Below, piece by piece: positions 37,509 to 50,041 of a stretch of DNA of 64,000 nucleotides. The stretch is taken from contig CM121341.1 in NCBI GenBank assembly GCA_051530055.1, positions 3,524,151 through 3,588,150 on the forward strand. The letters are read 5' to 3'. The DNA is from Neoechinorhynchus agilis. Taxonomy: Eukaryota; Animalia; Acanthocephala. The translations under genes were made by a program, and so were the position numbers. Position 1 is the stretch's first letter; each line of letters opens with the position of its first letter. The notes under the pieces were generated by a model. That model was not told where the DNA came from and made no database searches. It saw only the letters and a program-made list of their open reading frames with translations.

Positions 37509-40500
37509 ATGGAACCGCCAAGTCCACCCAGAATCCTTGATGATCAGATCAATAAATACTCCGATCGAAGTGACCGAAGAAGTTTTTCAAAATACAAACA
37601 TGATTTTGAAAAGATCTACGCAGAATTGGCAGAATGGCAAGGGAGTTTTACTCGACGATATGGACGATGTCCAAACACGGTAGGTGATTCCATTAAACTT
37701 GACAATAAAAAATCCCGATTTCATTATTTAGGAAGATATCGAAGAGGCCAAACTTTCACGTGAGTTCATTACTATTCAAAAAAAGTTCAATACCAACTCT
37801 TTTTTATTTCAACAAAGAGCGCTATAGAGATTACGCCAAGTTAAAGTCTTTATATCTCAAAAGTATCCGTCAAAGTGAAGCATCACTTGAGTTTGAAAAC
37901 GTAGCTTTTCTTTACTTACCGGTTTTTTTAACTCGAGACTTCTCTAGGCCGATTTCGAGTTGATATCCGGTGTAGCGAGAGCAAGTCCTTCAAGTGAGAA
38001 ATCAAATTCCAATATGGAAACACCTCCACCAGCGAAAAAAGCCAAGTTCCCATCTTCAGTAATTTTTAAATCTTCACAAAAATCCAGCGTCTCGAATTCT
38101 CTTTGTCTGACTCGTCAGGACTACTCCAGTGAGGATTTTTTCGCGAGCTGTGCTGCGTCCAATAGTCGGACGAAGAAAATGAGTGACTTTTTATTTTTAA
38201 TGACCTCTAGGTTTATACATCCTCGAGAATATCACCACTTAAATGAAATTCAAATTGAAAGGTCTAAAAAGTACAGTCCTGCTCTTGAGTTTCTTGTTGC
38301 TAAAAATGGGAACCCAGAGCAATGTTCGCTGATTAGTAGGGCCATATCTGAGTAATCGACGACCCTTGCTGAAGAATCTGAAAATGCGAATATTGGCCAT
38401 ATCGGAGATCAGCCTGTAAATATCAAAGAAAGACGGATTCGAGCGGATAATAACTATAGACGATTAAATCTAAAAAGGAAAAAACATTTCCATCGAGCAG
38501 GTATGATTGGTAAATCACAAAAATACAACAATTACATCAAACATAAACGGGATCGCTGGTGTCACATTGACGATTGGACATATAAGACTTTGGTTGATTC
38601 AAGCGAAAATCCAGACGGTCCATTCGAGAGACCTTGTGTAGATCCGGTCAAAGTGTTTTATAAGCAAGAGGAAGTTAGTTACCAATTACTATTGAACGAA
38701 CTGGATTTATTCGGGTACAGCGAGTTTCGAAATGGACAAACGGCGGCAATCACTAAAATAATAACAGGTTTGTTGACATTAAATATTTTTTTAATTTATC
38801 CATTGTTTTTCTTTGAAAGGATCATCGTGTCTTGTTGTAATGGGGACAGGAACTGGGAAAAGTCTGATTTATCAATTATCGGCACATCTCCTATCGTTAC
38901 GTTCTCCATGCTTGGCAATTATAATCTCACCTTTGTTATCTCTGATTAAAGATCAAGTAAATTTCGATAGGTTATAAAACTTTTTTTTTCTAATCATTGT
39001 TATTTAGATGCGATCGTGTTCCAAACTGGTTAACTGTTATGCACTACATTCTGAAATGAACAAATTTGAGCAATCAAGCACTGAAGATATTCTTAGCACT
39101 GAGTTAAAAGGACCCACATTGTTGTTTATGTGTGCCGAAAAGGCTTGCCAATTAGCTAATGGACGATTTCATCGACGGAGTCTTTTATGGAGATTGCCTC
39201 CGATTGCTTTTGTCGGAATTGACGAAGCACATTGCTTGTCTTTATGGGGAAAAGACTTTAGACCAGCTTATAGAGCGGTTATAACGGTACTTTATTTGAA
39301 TCTACGATTTTCAATTAGTTGAAGTTATTGTGCTTTTTCTTCGATTTGAGTCAACAAAAAACACAAAAATCGAAAAAACTGTCTGCAATTTCATAGAAAT
39401 ACTGATTATTTATCTTTATCTAAACTCGCTCTTTACTGTTTTCACGCTTCTTTGCCGATTATTCGCTTATTATTTTATCATTTGAAGATTGAAATATACA
39501 TATTTTTATATGGAGGAAAATGAAGAGAATTCATTGATCCCGATATCGTGCCTTTATCAAGGTCTAAAAACAGATTATTTTATCTAAAAACAACTAAATT
39601 TTATAAGAACAATTTATAGAAAAACTTCGAATTTTATCATGCTTCACTTTATTTAAAGATTTTTTACATTGCCACCAAACTCACCTTCATTTAATCCGAT
39701 GTGATCCATTTTTAGGATGGATAAAGATTGTGTTGAGCTAAGGTCCATTTCTAATTTAAATTTATAGTTCAACTATTTTAATTTTTAGAGCGATTTTGAA
39801 TTTCATTTATGTGCAAACTTTTTTTTGCAGAATAATCGAGTTTATAAAGCAATTTAAGGCATCTTTTTAATGTGACCATAATTTTTTTATGCTAGACGAA
39901 CATTCAATTTATAAAGATAATCTTTCATATTTTAATTATTTTTAAACACACACTCAGGTAATCCGCGAAATTTACAATTGCAATCAAATATTGGCACTGA
40001 CCGCAACAGCAACTCCATCTGTCACTGTTGATATAGCGAATGAGATTGGTAATAATTGTGAAATTATATACCAAGACGAGCACAAAGGACGATTGAACAT
40101 TGACGATGCTTTAATAACATCTTCACATGGATTTGGGCGACATTCGGTTTGTAGTTTTAATCAGAAAAAAAAGAAAATTAACCGTTAACTTTTTTTAAAG
40201 GATTTAGTAAACTTAATTTCATCTGAAGATTTTGCAGACAAGAAGATCATTGTATATTGCCATAGAAGACGACTCGTAGAACGAGTTGAGATAACTCTTT
40301 TGGACGCAGGTTTGCTTTTTAATTTCATTAAACTCTTTGGTAATTTGAGTGTTTGTGTTAAAGGCTACCGATGCGTAAAGTTCCACGCTGGGATGACAAA
40401 AGAAGAAAAGCAGGAGTCGCAGGATTTGTTCACTCGTGGCGAATGTCGTCTAATGGTAGCCACTATTGCATTTGGAATGGGTGTGGATGTTCCTAATGTT

Positions 40501-43129
40501 CATTGTGTTATACATTACGGTGATCCTTGTGATTATGAGAGCTACGTTCAACAAATAGGACGGGCTATTGGAAGATGCAAAACGAAAGTTCGGTGTCACG
40601 TTTTCGTCGATAGTTCATTGGCTGAAAGCGAACGATGCAAGAGTCATATTCATGAACGACGAGTGAGTTTTCCTTGTCTTAGAATGCTTTTTGAAGCGGT
40701 AGTTCAAGAACTGCGACGAAGTGTGAATTGTAACAAAGACGCTGAGAATCATTATATAGAAATCCCCTTTCGGCTGGCCTACGTCTGCACTGTTCTTATT
40801 TTGGACCTTTTTGGTTTTCCTAAATATAAAATGTTCACCCAATTTCTATCAGAGAAACGGAGATGCTTTTATTCTATTACTTAAAGTGGCATTACACTCA
40901 CGCATTTTTCTCTCTCTCGAGAGGCGACAACCAATTTATCCTGTTTGATGCAATCCACCCATCGTTTCCTCGTTGGCAATTATTCTTAGGTCAGTTGTGT
41001 AGACTAATTTCTTTAGCCGATACCGTCCATGCCTCGGTAGCTCTTGATGATTTTACACAAGTTCCGGGCGAAGAACCTGCGCGTCGCTTGGTAGATTCGG
41101 TTGTTTGTTGTCATGTGGATCAAAATTTGGAAGGAATTTTACAGCTCGGTGGCCTTCCTGACGCCAACCCTCCTCCTTTTTCAGCCGGGCTTGGAACCGT
41201 CCTTGGCGTTCTACTAAAAAAATTCATTGTCTCTAAATGTCGATATGTGCGAGGAGGTACCGGGCAATATGATTAGAGAATTATTGTTTAGAAGTCTTCA
41301 CCCGCGGTAAATGATTATTTCGATTAAAAACGTTCTGCGAACCTCACCGTGGATTCATCATCAGTTCTAAAATACAAGTGGTTAAGTAATTATTTCTCTT
41401 GCACACGTGCTTATTGCAGATTTTGTTCTTTGATTAAGAAAACTTCTTTAACTAAGCGTCGAAAGTTATTATGTTCACTTGATAAAACCATTATTTTGTC
41501 AAAATTGACCACTGGTCATTCAACGATACCACCTTCTAGGTCTTGGACCTTTTATGTTCTGCCAATCTCATCTTCAGATCCCGGTGTTGCATTGGCCCTT
41601 TTTTCTAGTTCCTGGTATTTCTGGGAAATGAAGTTTCCCATTAGTGCAGAAGGTCGACAATATCCTTGAGATTTTGTTACGCCAACGGTTGGTTTGTGGT
41701 CCGTGGTCCAGAACTAAAATGCGTAGGTTCATTCGATTTCAGTTCATGAGCGTTTCTTTTGACTGGGTCTTACTAGCTCGGTTCACTTGCTTTCTTGCTG
41801 AAGTAAGAACATCTTTGAGGTCCTCCCAACTTGCTGAAAATTTTGGATTTCATCACTGAGGCACTAGTCCACGATGCAAAAAGCCTTCTCTAATTAATTG
41901 TTTTCTGGCGAAGACATTTAAATGATTTTATTTTAAAATCCGATATTTCGGCACAATCTTGATCAAAATGCGTACAAGATTGTGCCGAAATATCGCATCT
42001 AAAATAAAACCATTTCTTCGTACCAGAAAACAACAAATGTGAACAATTCAATCTCCAAACCTTCTCCAGTTATTTCGATATTGATTTCTAGGACTTTAAA
42101 TTGTTTTACAGTTTGACTATATTAATTTTATTGTTTCTATCGAAATAAGAAGTGCAGTTATATGATCTCGACCTTAACGATTCTCGATTTATTTCGCTAC
42201 TTCAATCGTTGGCAGCGTGTACTCGTGATCATGATCAAATTCGATTTCGAGTATTGGAAATCGGTGAGCCGGAAAATGGTCTTATTCATTTCTATAGTGC
42301 ACCAAAGACTGTTCTAAGAGCTCTTAGCGCATATGAAACTGAATACGAGAAACAGAAATTCAACCTTCTTCAATCAATAATCGCGTGGACGACGAGATGT
42401 GAATGGGAAACTCAACGACGTGTTCGGTTCAGTTTAGCAAAGTATTGTGATGAACACCGAGAAATATCTTTGGTAAGACTCAAACGAATGCTCTTGGATC
42501 TCGAATGGACTCACAATTCGGAAAAGTGTAAAAAAATGGCGTTAAAGATCGAATTTTCAGCAATGCAATCATTTGTTCTCGAGTGCCATATACTTCAAAA
42601 AGATCGACTAGAATGTGTTTCAAACGACAGTCTTTGCTCAAAGCTTGCGTGTCTTATTCTAGAACAGGAAAGTGCCAATATTTCCAAGAGATTACGAGAC
42701 GTTTGTCGTTTATCGAATATTTTCCTAAGATTCAGCAAAGAGAACGGGGTTTCCGATGAACAAAATTCTAGGTCAATCATTGAAAATCTTAATACATTTT
42801 TAAGTGAAGATGTAGTTTGCGAAGAAGACATTGAGTATCCAAGCTATTCGGTATCGGATTCACAAAGACAATTCTGCTATCATCGTATCGAACAGTTCAT
42901 TATGGACCATGGAACCGGTTTTACATCGTTGGCTATTGCCAATATATTTTGGGCAATTGATCGTCCTCAGCAGCCGTTTTCAACTTGGAAGCATTTGAGG
43001 GATTATTGGGGAATCGCAGATAACGGAAAATCGTTTGTGATACCATTTCAAACAATTGTAGATATTGCCGACGAATGTCTGACTAAACATAAGATCATAG
43101 TTGCCAGACAAAATAACCATCAAAGTTGA
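37509..43129 (+). CDS. RECQL4: RecQ4 helicase, multi-exon (Sld2-like N-terminus, helicase core, R4ZBD/C-terminal domain)
   Basis: Spliced N-terminus [19 protein letters not shown]|EDIEEAKLS|[10 protein letters not shown] (introns 37680-37731, 37760-37817). Core motifs [22 protein letters not shown]...[38 protein letters not shown] and FHAGM...[12 protein letters not shown]-terminus [16 protein letters not shown]. Several internal junctions are approximate. Confidence 0.92.
41430..41700 (-). mobile_element. Possible Penelope GIY-YIG C-terminal relic inside a RECQL4 intron
   Basis: [28 protein letters not shown] (cf. FDNVKILxxExNxxKRLIKEAIxI). Confidence 0.45.
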
Positions 43130-43235
43130 GGGAGTTCGTGTGGGAAATTAAATGATTTTTAATGACTAGAACGCTGGGACGAATGTTTGTGTATGCGACC
43201 CTCAAAAAACAAAGTTATTTTCGAAATCAATACAC

Positions 43236-43484
43236 TCAAAGCTCTGTTTCATTTTCGTCGATTTCGTCGGGTGTCATACATCCTTCGGAAACAGAATCGT
43301 CGTCCCACGTAAACTTCTTGACTCTTCGACGATTAAAGCCAGTTATTGGACGATCCAATCCTCCCGAATGAACTGGATCAGGAATGCTCTCGGTTTCCCT
43401 ACCAAGAATCTCTTCATATAAATCGCAGTAGATCCGATCTTCCAATTGCTCGTTTATTTCATTCTCCACTCCACTGGTTTCCAT
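43236..43484 (-). CDS. Small acidic 82-aa protein of unknown function
   Basis: Clean ATG-to-stop ORF between RECQL4 and TMEM65, with protein-like composition and an X-box 40 bp upstream. Confidence 0.45.
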   Translation of the reverse strand: METSGVENEINEQLEDRIYCDLYEEILGRETESIPDPVHSGGLDRPITGFNRRRVKKFTWDDDSVSEGCMTPDEIDENETEL

Positions 43485-43523
43485 TGTGACAAATGATATT
43501 CACATCTGAATTCGGTCGTCTTC

Positions 43524-43537
43524 GTCGCCATGACAAC
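43524..43537. promoter_or_regulatory. RFX X-box-like palindrome GTCGCCATGACAAC (GTTGTCATGGCGAC on -)
   Basis: Two mismatches from GTTGCCATGGCAAC, in the divergent promoter between the 82-aa ORF and TMEM65. Confidence 0.55.
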
Positions 43538-43774
43538 CGAATGTCAATTAGTGGTGGATTTGCATCTCATTGAACGTTAATATCTTCTCTATCAAAATGT
43601 TTACAGTAGAAAAATGAAAAGAATTTAAAAGGTTGTTTTAAGGTTTATTTAGAAGACGAAAAAAACACATTGGTTGATTCATATTTTTTTCAAATGATTC
43701 AAAAATGCTCAAATTTTGGCACATGAAAGAACATCGATTGTGCCGGTTCTTTTTGTATTCGCTTTTTCTACAAC

Positions 43775-44744
43775 ATGATATCCAAGATCAAGTTTCCGAT
43801 TTTAAGTGTCAAACGATTGACCATTCGTTGGATTGGTGGACGAACTGAAATCAGTAAAGCCGATTACCACTTGAAGGAAGCATTTAAAGCCGCTAAAAAA
43901 CTCGAGGGAGCTGTAGATAAGCGACAATTCTTAAAATCGCTATCCTTAGGATTGGAATTAGACGATTTATCTACAATGAATGAACTAATGAAAGACAAAG
44001 AAACCAATATACGTGGAAATCAAGTTGGTTTAATAGAAAAGTTTATGCATTAATTTTTCTGTTTTATAGTTAGCCAATCAAAAGGTTACTTTTAGGTTAA
44101 TTTGCATAGGTGAGCTTTTTTTTAATGTTTTAGCAAGTCGTCTAATCTATTCGGATGTGAAGTGTTTCTTTATACCGGATTACCATACATTGGATTCGGA
44201 TTTGCCGATAACTTTCTTATGATCATTTTTGTAATTTTCTCGTGATATAAAAATCCGTTATCTTGAACTAAAAAACAGGGTGATATGATTGAACAGTCTT
44301 TTAAAGCAACATTCGCCACTATAACCCCTTTGGCAGGTTTGAGTTAAATTTAACAAAAAAACTTATCTAGATTTTTATTATAGCCGCGGCATTGGGCAAT
44401 ACGGTATCGGATGGTGCTGGAGTAACGTAAGTCCATTTTTTTCTTAAAAAATTTAAATTGTACGTTTATAGGATTGCTCACCGAGTAGAAGAACTATCAT
44501 GGAGGTTCCTGAGTTCTTTAGGAATCGTCAATAGCAACATTCTTATCGAATCAACAAATCGGCTCATTAGCGCTACCAAATTTGCAGTAATTTGATTGAT
44601 TGAACCCTTTTCGTCTCTAAAGAAACCGTTTGTTTCTAGTCAAAACTCATTTGTGTTACAATTGGATGCTTAATAGGAATGGTCCCGCTTCTTTGGATAA
44701 CAGAAAGCAAAGATGCAAGCCATAGCGAAAGTGACCGTGAATAA
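43775..44744 (+). CDS. TMEM65: Transmembrane protein 65, multi-exon with short introns
   Basis: Exon translations LPYIGFGFADNFLMIIF | GDMIEQ...TPLA | AAALGNTVSDGAGV | GIAHRVEEL... | KLICVTIGCLIGMVPLLW match the TMEM65 motifs PFIGFGFLDN, AAALGNLVSD and GVTIGCILGMFPL. Confidence 0.88.
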
Positions 44745-44844
44745 TCAAACTTTACTCAATAGAATGTGTGAATTTTGACCAATGGTACTAAAAGAGAAAA
44801 TCTTTTGAAACCCACGTAGAAAAATCATAATTTCAAAGAATTTT

Positions 44845-45055
44845 AATTAGTTGTTTAGGAGATCGCTCGTCATCTATACACTCGGGAGAGATCGCGTTAA
44901 AGAGACGTTATCAATTTAAAACAATTTCATAGGAATTTATCAGGCGAAGACCAAACTTGATTCAATGAGTCGAAATGTACATTCGTCTATTTAACGCGAT
45001 ATCTCTCGCTCGGGTGTATAGTTTACGAGCGACCTCCTAAAAAACAATTTAATTG
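44845..45055. mobile_element. MITE-like element with about 65-70 bp imperfect terminal inverted repeats
   Basis: TTTAGGAG.TCGCTCGT...CTATACACTCGGGAGAGATCGCGTTAAA versus TTTAACGCGATATCTCTCGCTCGGGTGTATAG...ACGAGCGACCTCCTAAA. Confidence 0.7.
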
Positions 45056-45835
45056 TAAAAGGCGATCAATAAAATTCGATTAGAGCTTCTTTTCTCAGGG
45101 AATCATCCTCAAAAGTCCGCGTTTTAAAAGAATCAATGAAAAATGTTTTTAAAACTTAGAGAGGAAAATGATTTATAGTTGTTTGGTGATTGATAAAATG
45201 ACTCTTCTCGGCTGTACAGTTGACGAGCGACCTCCTAAACAACAATTTAATTGTAAAAGGCGATCAATAAAATTCGATTAGACCTTCTTTTCTCAGGGAA
45301 TCATCCTCAAAAGTCCGCGTTTTAAAAGAATCAATGAAAAACCCTTTTGGAACTTAGAGAAAAATGATTTATACTTGTTTGGGAATTGATAAAATGACTC
45401 TTCTCGGGTGTACAGTTGACGAGCGACCTCCTAAACAACAATTTAATTGTAAAAGGCGATCAATAAAATTCGATTAGAGCTTCTTTTCTCAGGGAATCAT
45501 CCTCAAAAGTCCGCGTTTTAAAAGAATCAATGAAAAATGTTTTTAAAACTTAGAGAAAAATGATTTATACTTGTTTGGGGATTGATAAAATGACTATTCT
45601 CGGCTTTACAGTTGACGAGCGACCTCCTAAACAACAATTTAATTGTAAAAGGCGATCAATAAAATTCGATTAGACCTTCTTTTCTCAGGGAATCATCCTC
45701 AAAAGTCCGCGTTTTAAAAGAATCAATGAAAAACCCTTTTGGAACTTAGAGAAAAATGATTTATACTTGTTTGGGAATTGATAAAATGACTCTTCTCGGG
45801 TGTACAGTTGACGAGCGACCTCTTAAACAACAATA
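45008..45835 (+). repeat. Tandem repeat, about 196-bp unit x 4.2, alternating A/B variants
   Basis: Unit starts at about 45008, 45207, 45403, 45599 and 45795. Confidence 0.95.
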
Positions 45836-45915
45836 TCTTTAACTCTTTAACCCGAATGTAATGCTCAATAATAAAAAATTTGATTAGTTTTACAGTCAAA
45901 ACAGATCGTAGAAAC

Positions 45916-47101
45916 TCACTTTTCATTGAATGCCATCTCCATGTCTTGAGCATTCCGCAATAAATTCCGTGTACCGATCGGATTCGGATATTTCTGAAGA
46001 AGAGTAAGGACTGATCCGAAATCATTTATCATTATTCGATCTCTTACTGAGACAACCATCGCCGTTGCAATGAATGGAACTATGTCTCGTGGATGTTCAT
46101 GAGAAAAAATGACATCCCAGATAAGTAACAATTCTTCAAGAGGAAACTCGTGGGCGAATAGAAGTGTCAGCCAACGAAATGCGAAATATTCTGTTTCCAC
46201 TTTAATGTGTTTAAGTCTATAATAAATCGGAGAACACAGGAACTTAATAATGCCATCCAATTGTGCTACTTGTCGATCGATTGGAGTTCCGCGATTCTTA
46301 GGGATTCCACTGAGTGTTTTCTCGTCGGTTTGATTGATAACATTGGGACTCGGCCTCACAAAGTTATCTTTGACCATTGACATCAAATTTAAGAAACAAA
46401 AGAAGACATCCACTTCAAGTTGATCCTTGTCCATCTGAGAATCTTTAGCGAAAGTGTAATATATTGGTGCCACGAGCTCATTCATCCCCTGTGAGTACGA
46501 ATGAGATCGATCTAATCGATAAAAAACAAATAAAATCCGTTCAACTACTTCCCAATGCATCTCATGGTTGGAAGAGAATTTCTCAATGTTCGAGTTCACA
46601 TTTGTCGTCTTCTTATTCAAACCTGAAATTGTATTTGTAACACTTTCTACATTCACTTCTGCCTTTCTTATTCGCGAAAGTACAGGATCTCATTAGGTTT
46701 AGACTATAAGATCCCACACTAATTTAACGAATTTTGATTGAATGATTTTTGAACAGAGTCGGAATGGGTGTGAAGGTACGGAAAAAGCCCATTTCTGGAT
46801 GCAAGCGTCTGCAATCCTTGCTGATTTGATTTAAAACTTCATTGTCCTCGAAATAAGAAGTCCAGTCGCTGGTCTCACTTAAGGAAAGAGGGTGGTCGTT
46901 TTTATCAGAGTTTTGGTTCTCAATAGCGTTATCAAGAATTCTCAAATATTCTTGCTTTTTCGATTCAAGAATTTGTGGCCATTGATCAGGACAGTTAGCA
47001 GGAAGGTATTTTAAAAACAATTTCCATTTTAGCGGTCTAGATTCTTTATCCATTAGACCACTGGTTGCAATGCATCGCCGTCTGTCGTCCGTCAAACTCA
47101 T
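45916..47101 (-). CDS. TBC1D13: TBC1 domain family member 13 (Rab-GAP), 2 exons
   Basis: DHPLS...WTSYFEDNEVLNQISKDCRRLHPEMGFF, HWEVVERILF...QGMNELVAPIYYTF, YFAFRWLTLLFAHEFPLEELLLIWD. Confidence 0.92.
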
Positions 47102-47199
47102 AGTTCGGGTCTCGGCAAAAAATTGTGATCTTAAAACAATTTGCAAAACTTTTAGAACAAAATACTCATTAATATTAATGATATAGTTTTGCTTGCCAT

Positions 47200-49338
47200 T
47201 TAATAAACGAATTTCGATAAAAAAAATCCATCCAAGTTATCGCAAAAATTTATATTTATGATTCAACGCAAGTAGAAGCTGTTAAAATTATCAATTATTT
47301 TTATTTAAATGAATTCGATAAATAGTCGACTATCGCAAAAATTTATATTTAATATTCAACGCAAGTAGAAGCTGTTAAAATTATCAATTATTTTTATTTA
47401 AATGAATTCGATAAATAGTCGACCGTTCCATAAATGCATTTTTCGCTAGTTATTTCCTAAACAAATCTCGGTAAAAATGTATCCAAGTTATCGCAAAAAT
47501 TTATATTTATGATTCAACGCAAGTAGAAGATGTTAAAATTATCAATTAATTTTATTTAAATGAATTCGATAAATAGTCGACTATCGCAAAAATTTATATT
47601 TAATATTTAACGCAAGTAGAAGTGTTAAAATTATCAATTATTTTTATTTAAATGAATTCGATAAATAGTCGACCGTTCCATAAATGCATTTCGCTAGTTA
47701 TTTCCTAAACAAATCTCGGTAAAAATGTATCCAAGTTATCGCAAAAATTTATATTTGATTCAACGCAAGTAGAAGATGTTAAAATTATCAATTATTTTTA
47801 TTTAAATGAATTCGATAAATAGTCGACCGTTCCATAAATGCATTTTTCGCTAGTTATTTCCTAAACAAATCTCGGTAAAAATGTATCCAAGTTATCGCAA
47901 AAATTTATATTTATGATTCAACGCAAGTAGAAGCTGTTAAAATTATCAATTATTTTTATTTAAATGAATTCGATAAATAGTCGACCGTTCCATAAATGCA
48001 TTTTCGCTAGTTATTTCCTAAACAAATCTCGGTAAAAATGTATCCAAGTTATCGCAAAAATTTATATTTATGATTCAACGCAAGTAGAAGATGTTAAAAT
48101 TATCAATTATTTTTATTTAAATGAATTCGATAAATAGTCGACCGTTCCATAAATGCATTTTCGCTAGTTATTTCCTAAACAAATCTCGGTAAAAATGTAT
48201 CCAAGTTATCGCAAAAATTTATATTTATGATTCAACGCAAGTAGAAGATGTTAAAATTATCAATTATTTTTATTTAAATGAATTCGATAAATAGTCGACC
48301 GTTCCATAAATGCATTTTTCGCTAGTTATTTCCTAAACAAATCTCGGTAAAAATGTATCCAAGTTATCGCAAAAATTTATATTTATGATTCAACGCAAGT
48401 AGAAGCTGTTAAAATTATCAATTATTTTTATTTAAATGAATTCGATAAATAGTCGACCGTTCCATAAATGCATTTTTCGCTAGTTATTTCCTAAACAAAT
48501 CTCGGTAAAAATGTATCCAAGTTATCGCAAAAATTTATATTTATGATTCAACGCAAGTAGAAGATGTTAAAATTATCAATTAATTTTATTTAAATGAATT
48601 CGATAAATAGTCGACTATCGCAAAAATTTATATTTAATATTTAACGCAAGTAGAAGCTGTTAAAATTATCAATTATTTTTATTTAAATGAATTCGATAAA
48701 TAGTCGACCGTTCCATAAATGCATTTTCGCTAGTTATTTCCTAAACAAATCTCGGTAAAAATGTATCCAAGTTATCGCAAAAATTTATATTTAATATTCA
48801 ACGCAAGTAGAAGATGTTAAAATTATCAATTAATTTTATTTAAATGAATTCGATAAATAGTCGACCGTTCCATAAATGCATTTTTCGCTAGTTATTTCCT
48901 AAACAAATCTCGGTAAAAATGTATCCAAGTTATCGCAAAAATTTATATTTATGATTCAACGCAAGTAGAAGCTGTTAAAATTATCAATTATTTTTATTTA
49001 AATGAATTCGATAAATAGTCGACCGTTCCATAAATGCATTTTCGCTAGTTATTTCCTAAACAAATCTCGGTAAAAATGTATCCAAGTTATCGCAAAAATT
49101 TATATTTATGATTCAACGCAAGTAGAAGATGTTAAAATTATCAATTAATTTTATTTAAATGAATTCGATAAATAGTCGACCGTTCCATAAATGCATTTTT
49201 CGCTAGTTATTTCCTAAACAAATCTCGGTAAAAATGTATCCAAGTTATCGCAAAAATTTATATTTAATATTCAACGCAAGTAGAGGATGTTAAAATTATC
49301 AATTATTTTTATTTAAATGAATTCGATAAATAGTCGAT
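47200..49338 (+). repeat. AT-rich satellite, about 157-bp unit, about 12 copies plus three partial (about 93 bp) internal duplications
   Basis: CCAAGTTATCGCAAAAATTTATATTT...GGTAAAAATGTAT recurs at 47232, 47483, 47731, 47887, 48044, 48201 and onward. Confidence 0.95.
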
Positions 49339-50041
49339 ATGAAGGAAGAGCGACTCCATCATAAATATTTGGCTAATTAGAACTGGTTTTGGTGTTGAAG
49401 GAAGTTCTTTTTATATTAAATTCTTTCTTTCTATAGTTCGTATTTAGAAACAAAGGCAAGGAAGGAAAATGAGTCATATTTCTACGTTTCTATACGATTT
49501 CGACCGTGGATTTGTGTTTCATCCAAATTTTATGAAATTTCGCTTATTTGGAATGGACGAGGATCGACGAAATCAGCTGGCTTTATTGAACTTTTTCACC
49601 AATTAAAAATGGCTTTAACGAATTTGCTTTATTGGCAATTCCTTGAATAAAAAAAAGGTACCATCACAAAAGAGTTTTCTATAAAATTTTGATATATTGT
49701 CAAGTGAGGATTTTCAAATTTTTATAGAAATAAAAAACGTATTTTTTTCGATTCGGAAGCACGATCTTAATATTTTTAAAGCCAAAATTTATTTTTAAAT
49801 TAAACATTTGTTTGCACTCGAACATCACAAGTTCGGATCTAAGGTTTTTCTTATAATTTTTATTTATTTCCAAAATCATTGTCTCAAACGAACCGTTTCC
49901 TTAAATTTTACACTTGTGTACCATTAATGTCCCCGTCGTCGATTGAAGGAATTTCTACAATATGTTTTTTTTCGATAGCTTCATTCGTGCTTACAGATAA
50001 TTCTATCATTTTTCTTTTAAATATATTTACATTTTAAGAAC

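Noticed and set aside
40863-41276. 137-aa + strand ORF inside the RECQL4 region
   Set aside because: No recognisable domain. It overlaps a small RECQL4 exon in another frame and intronic TE-like debris.
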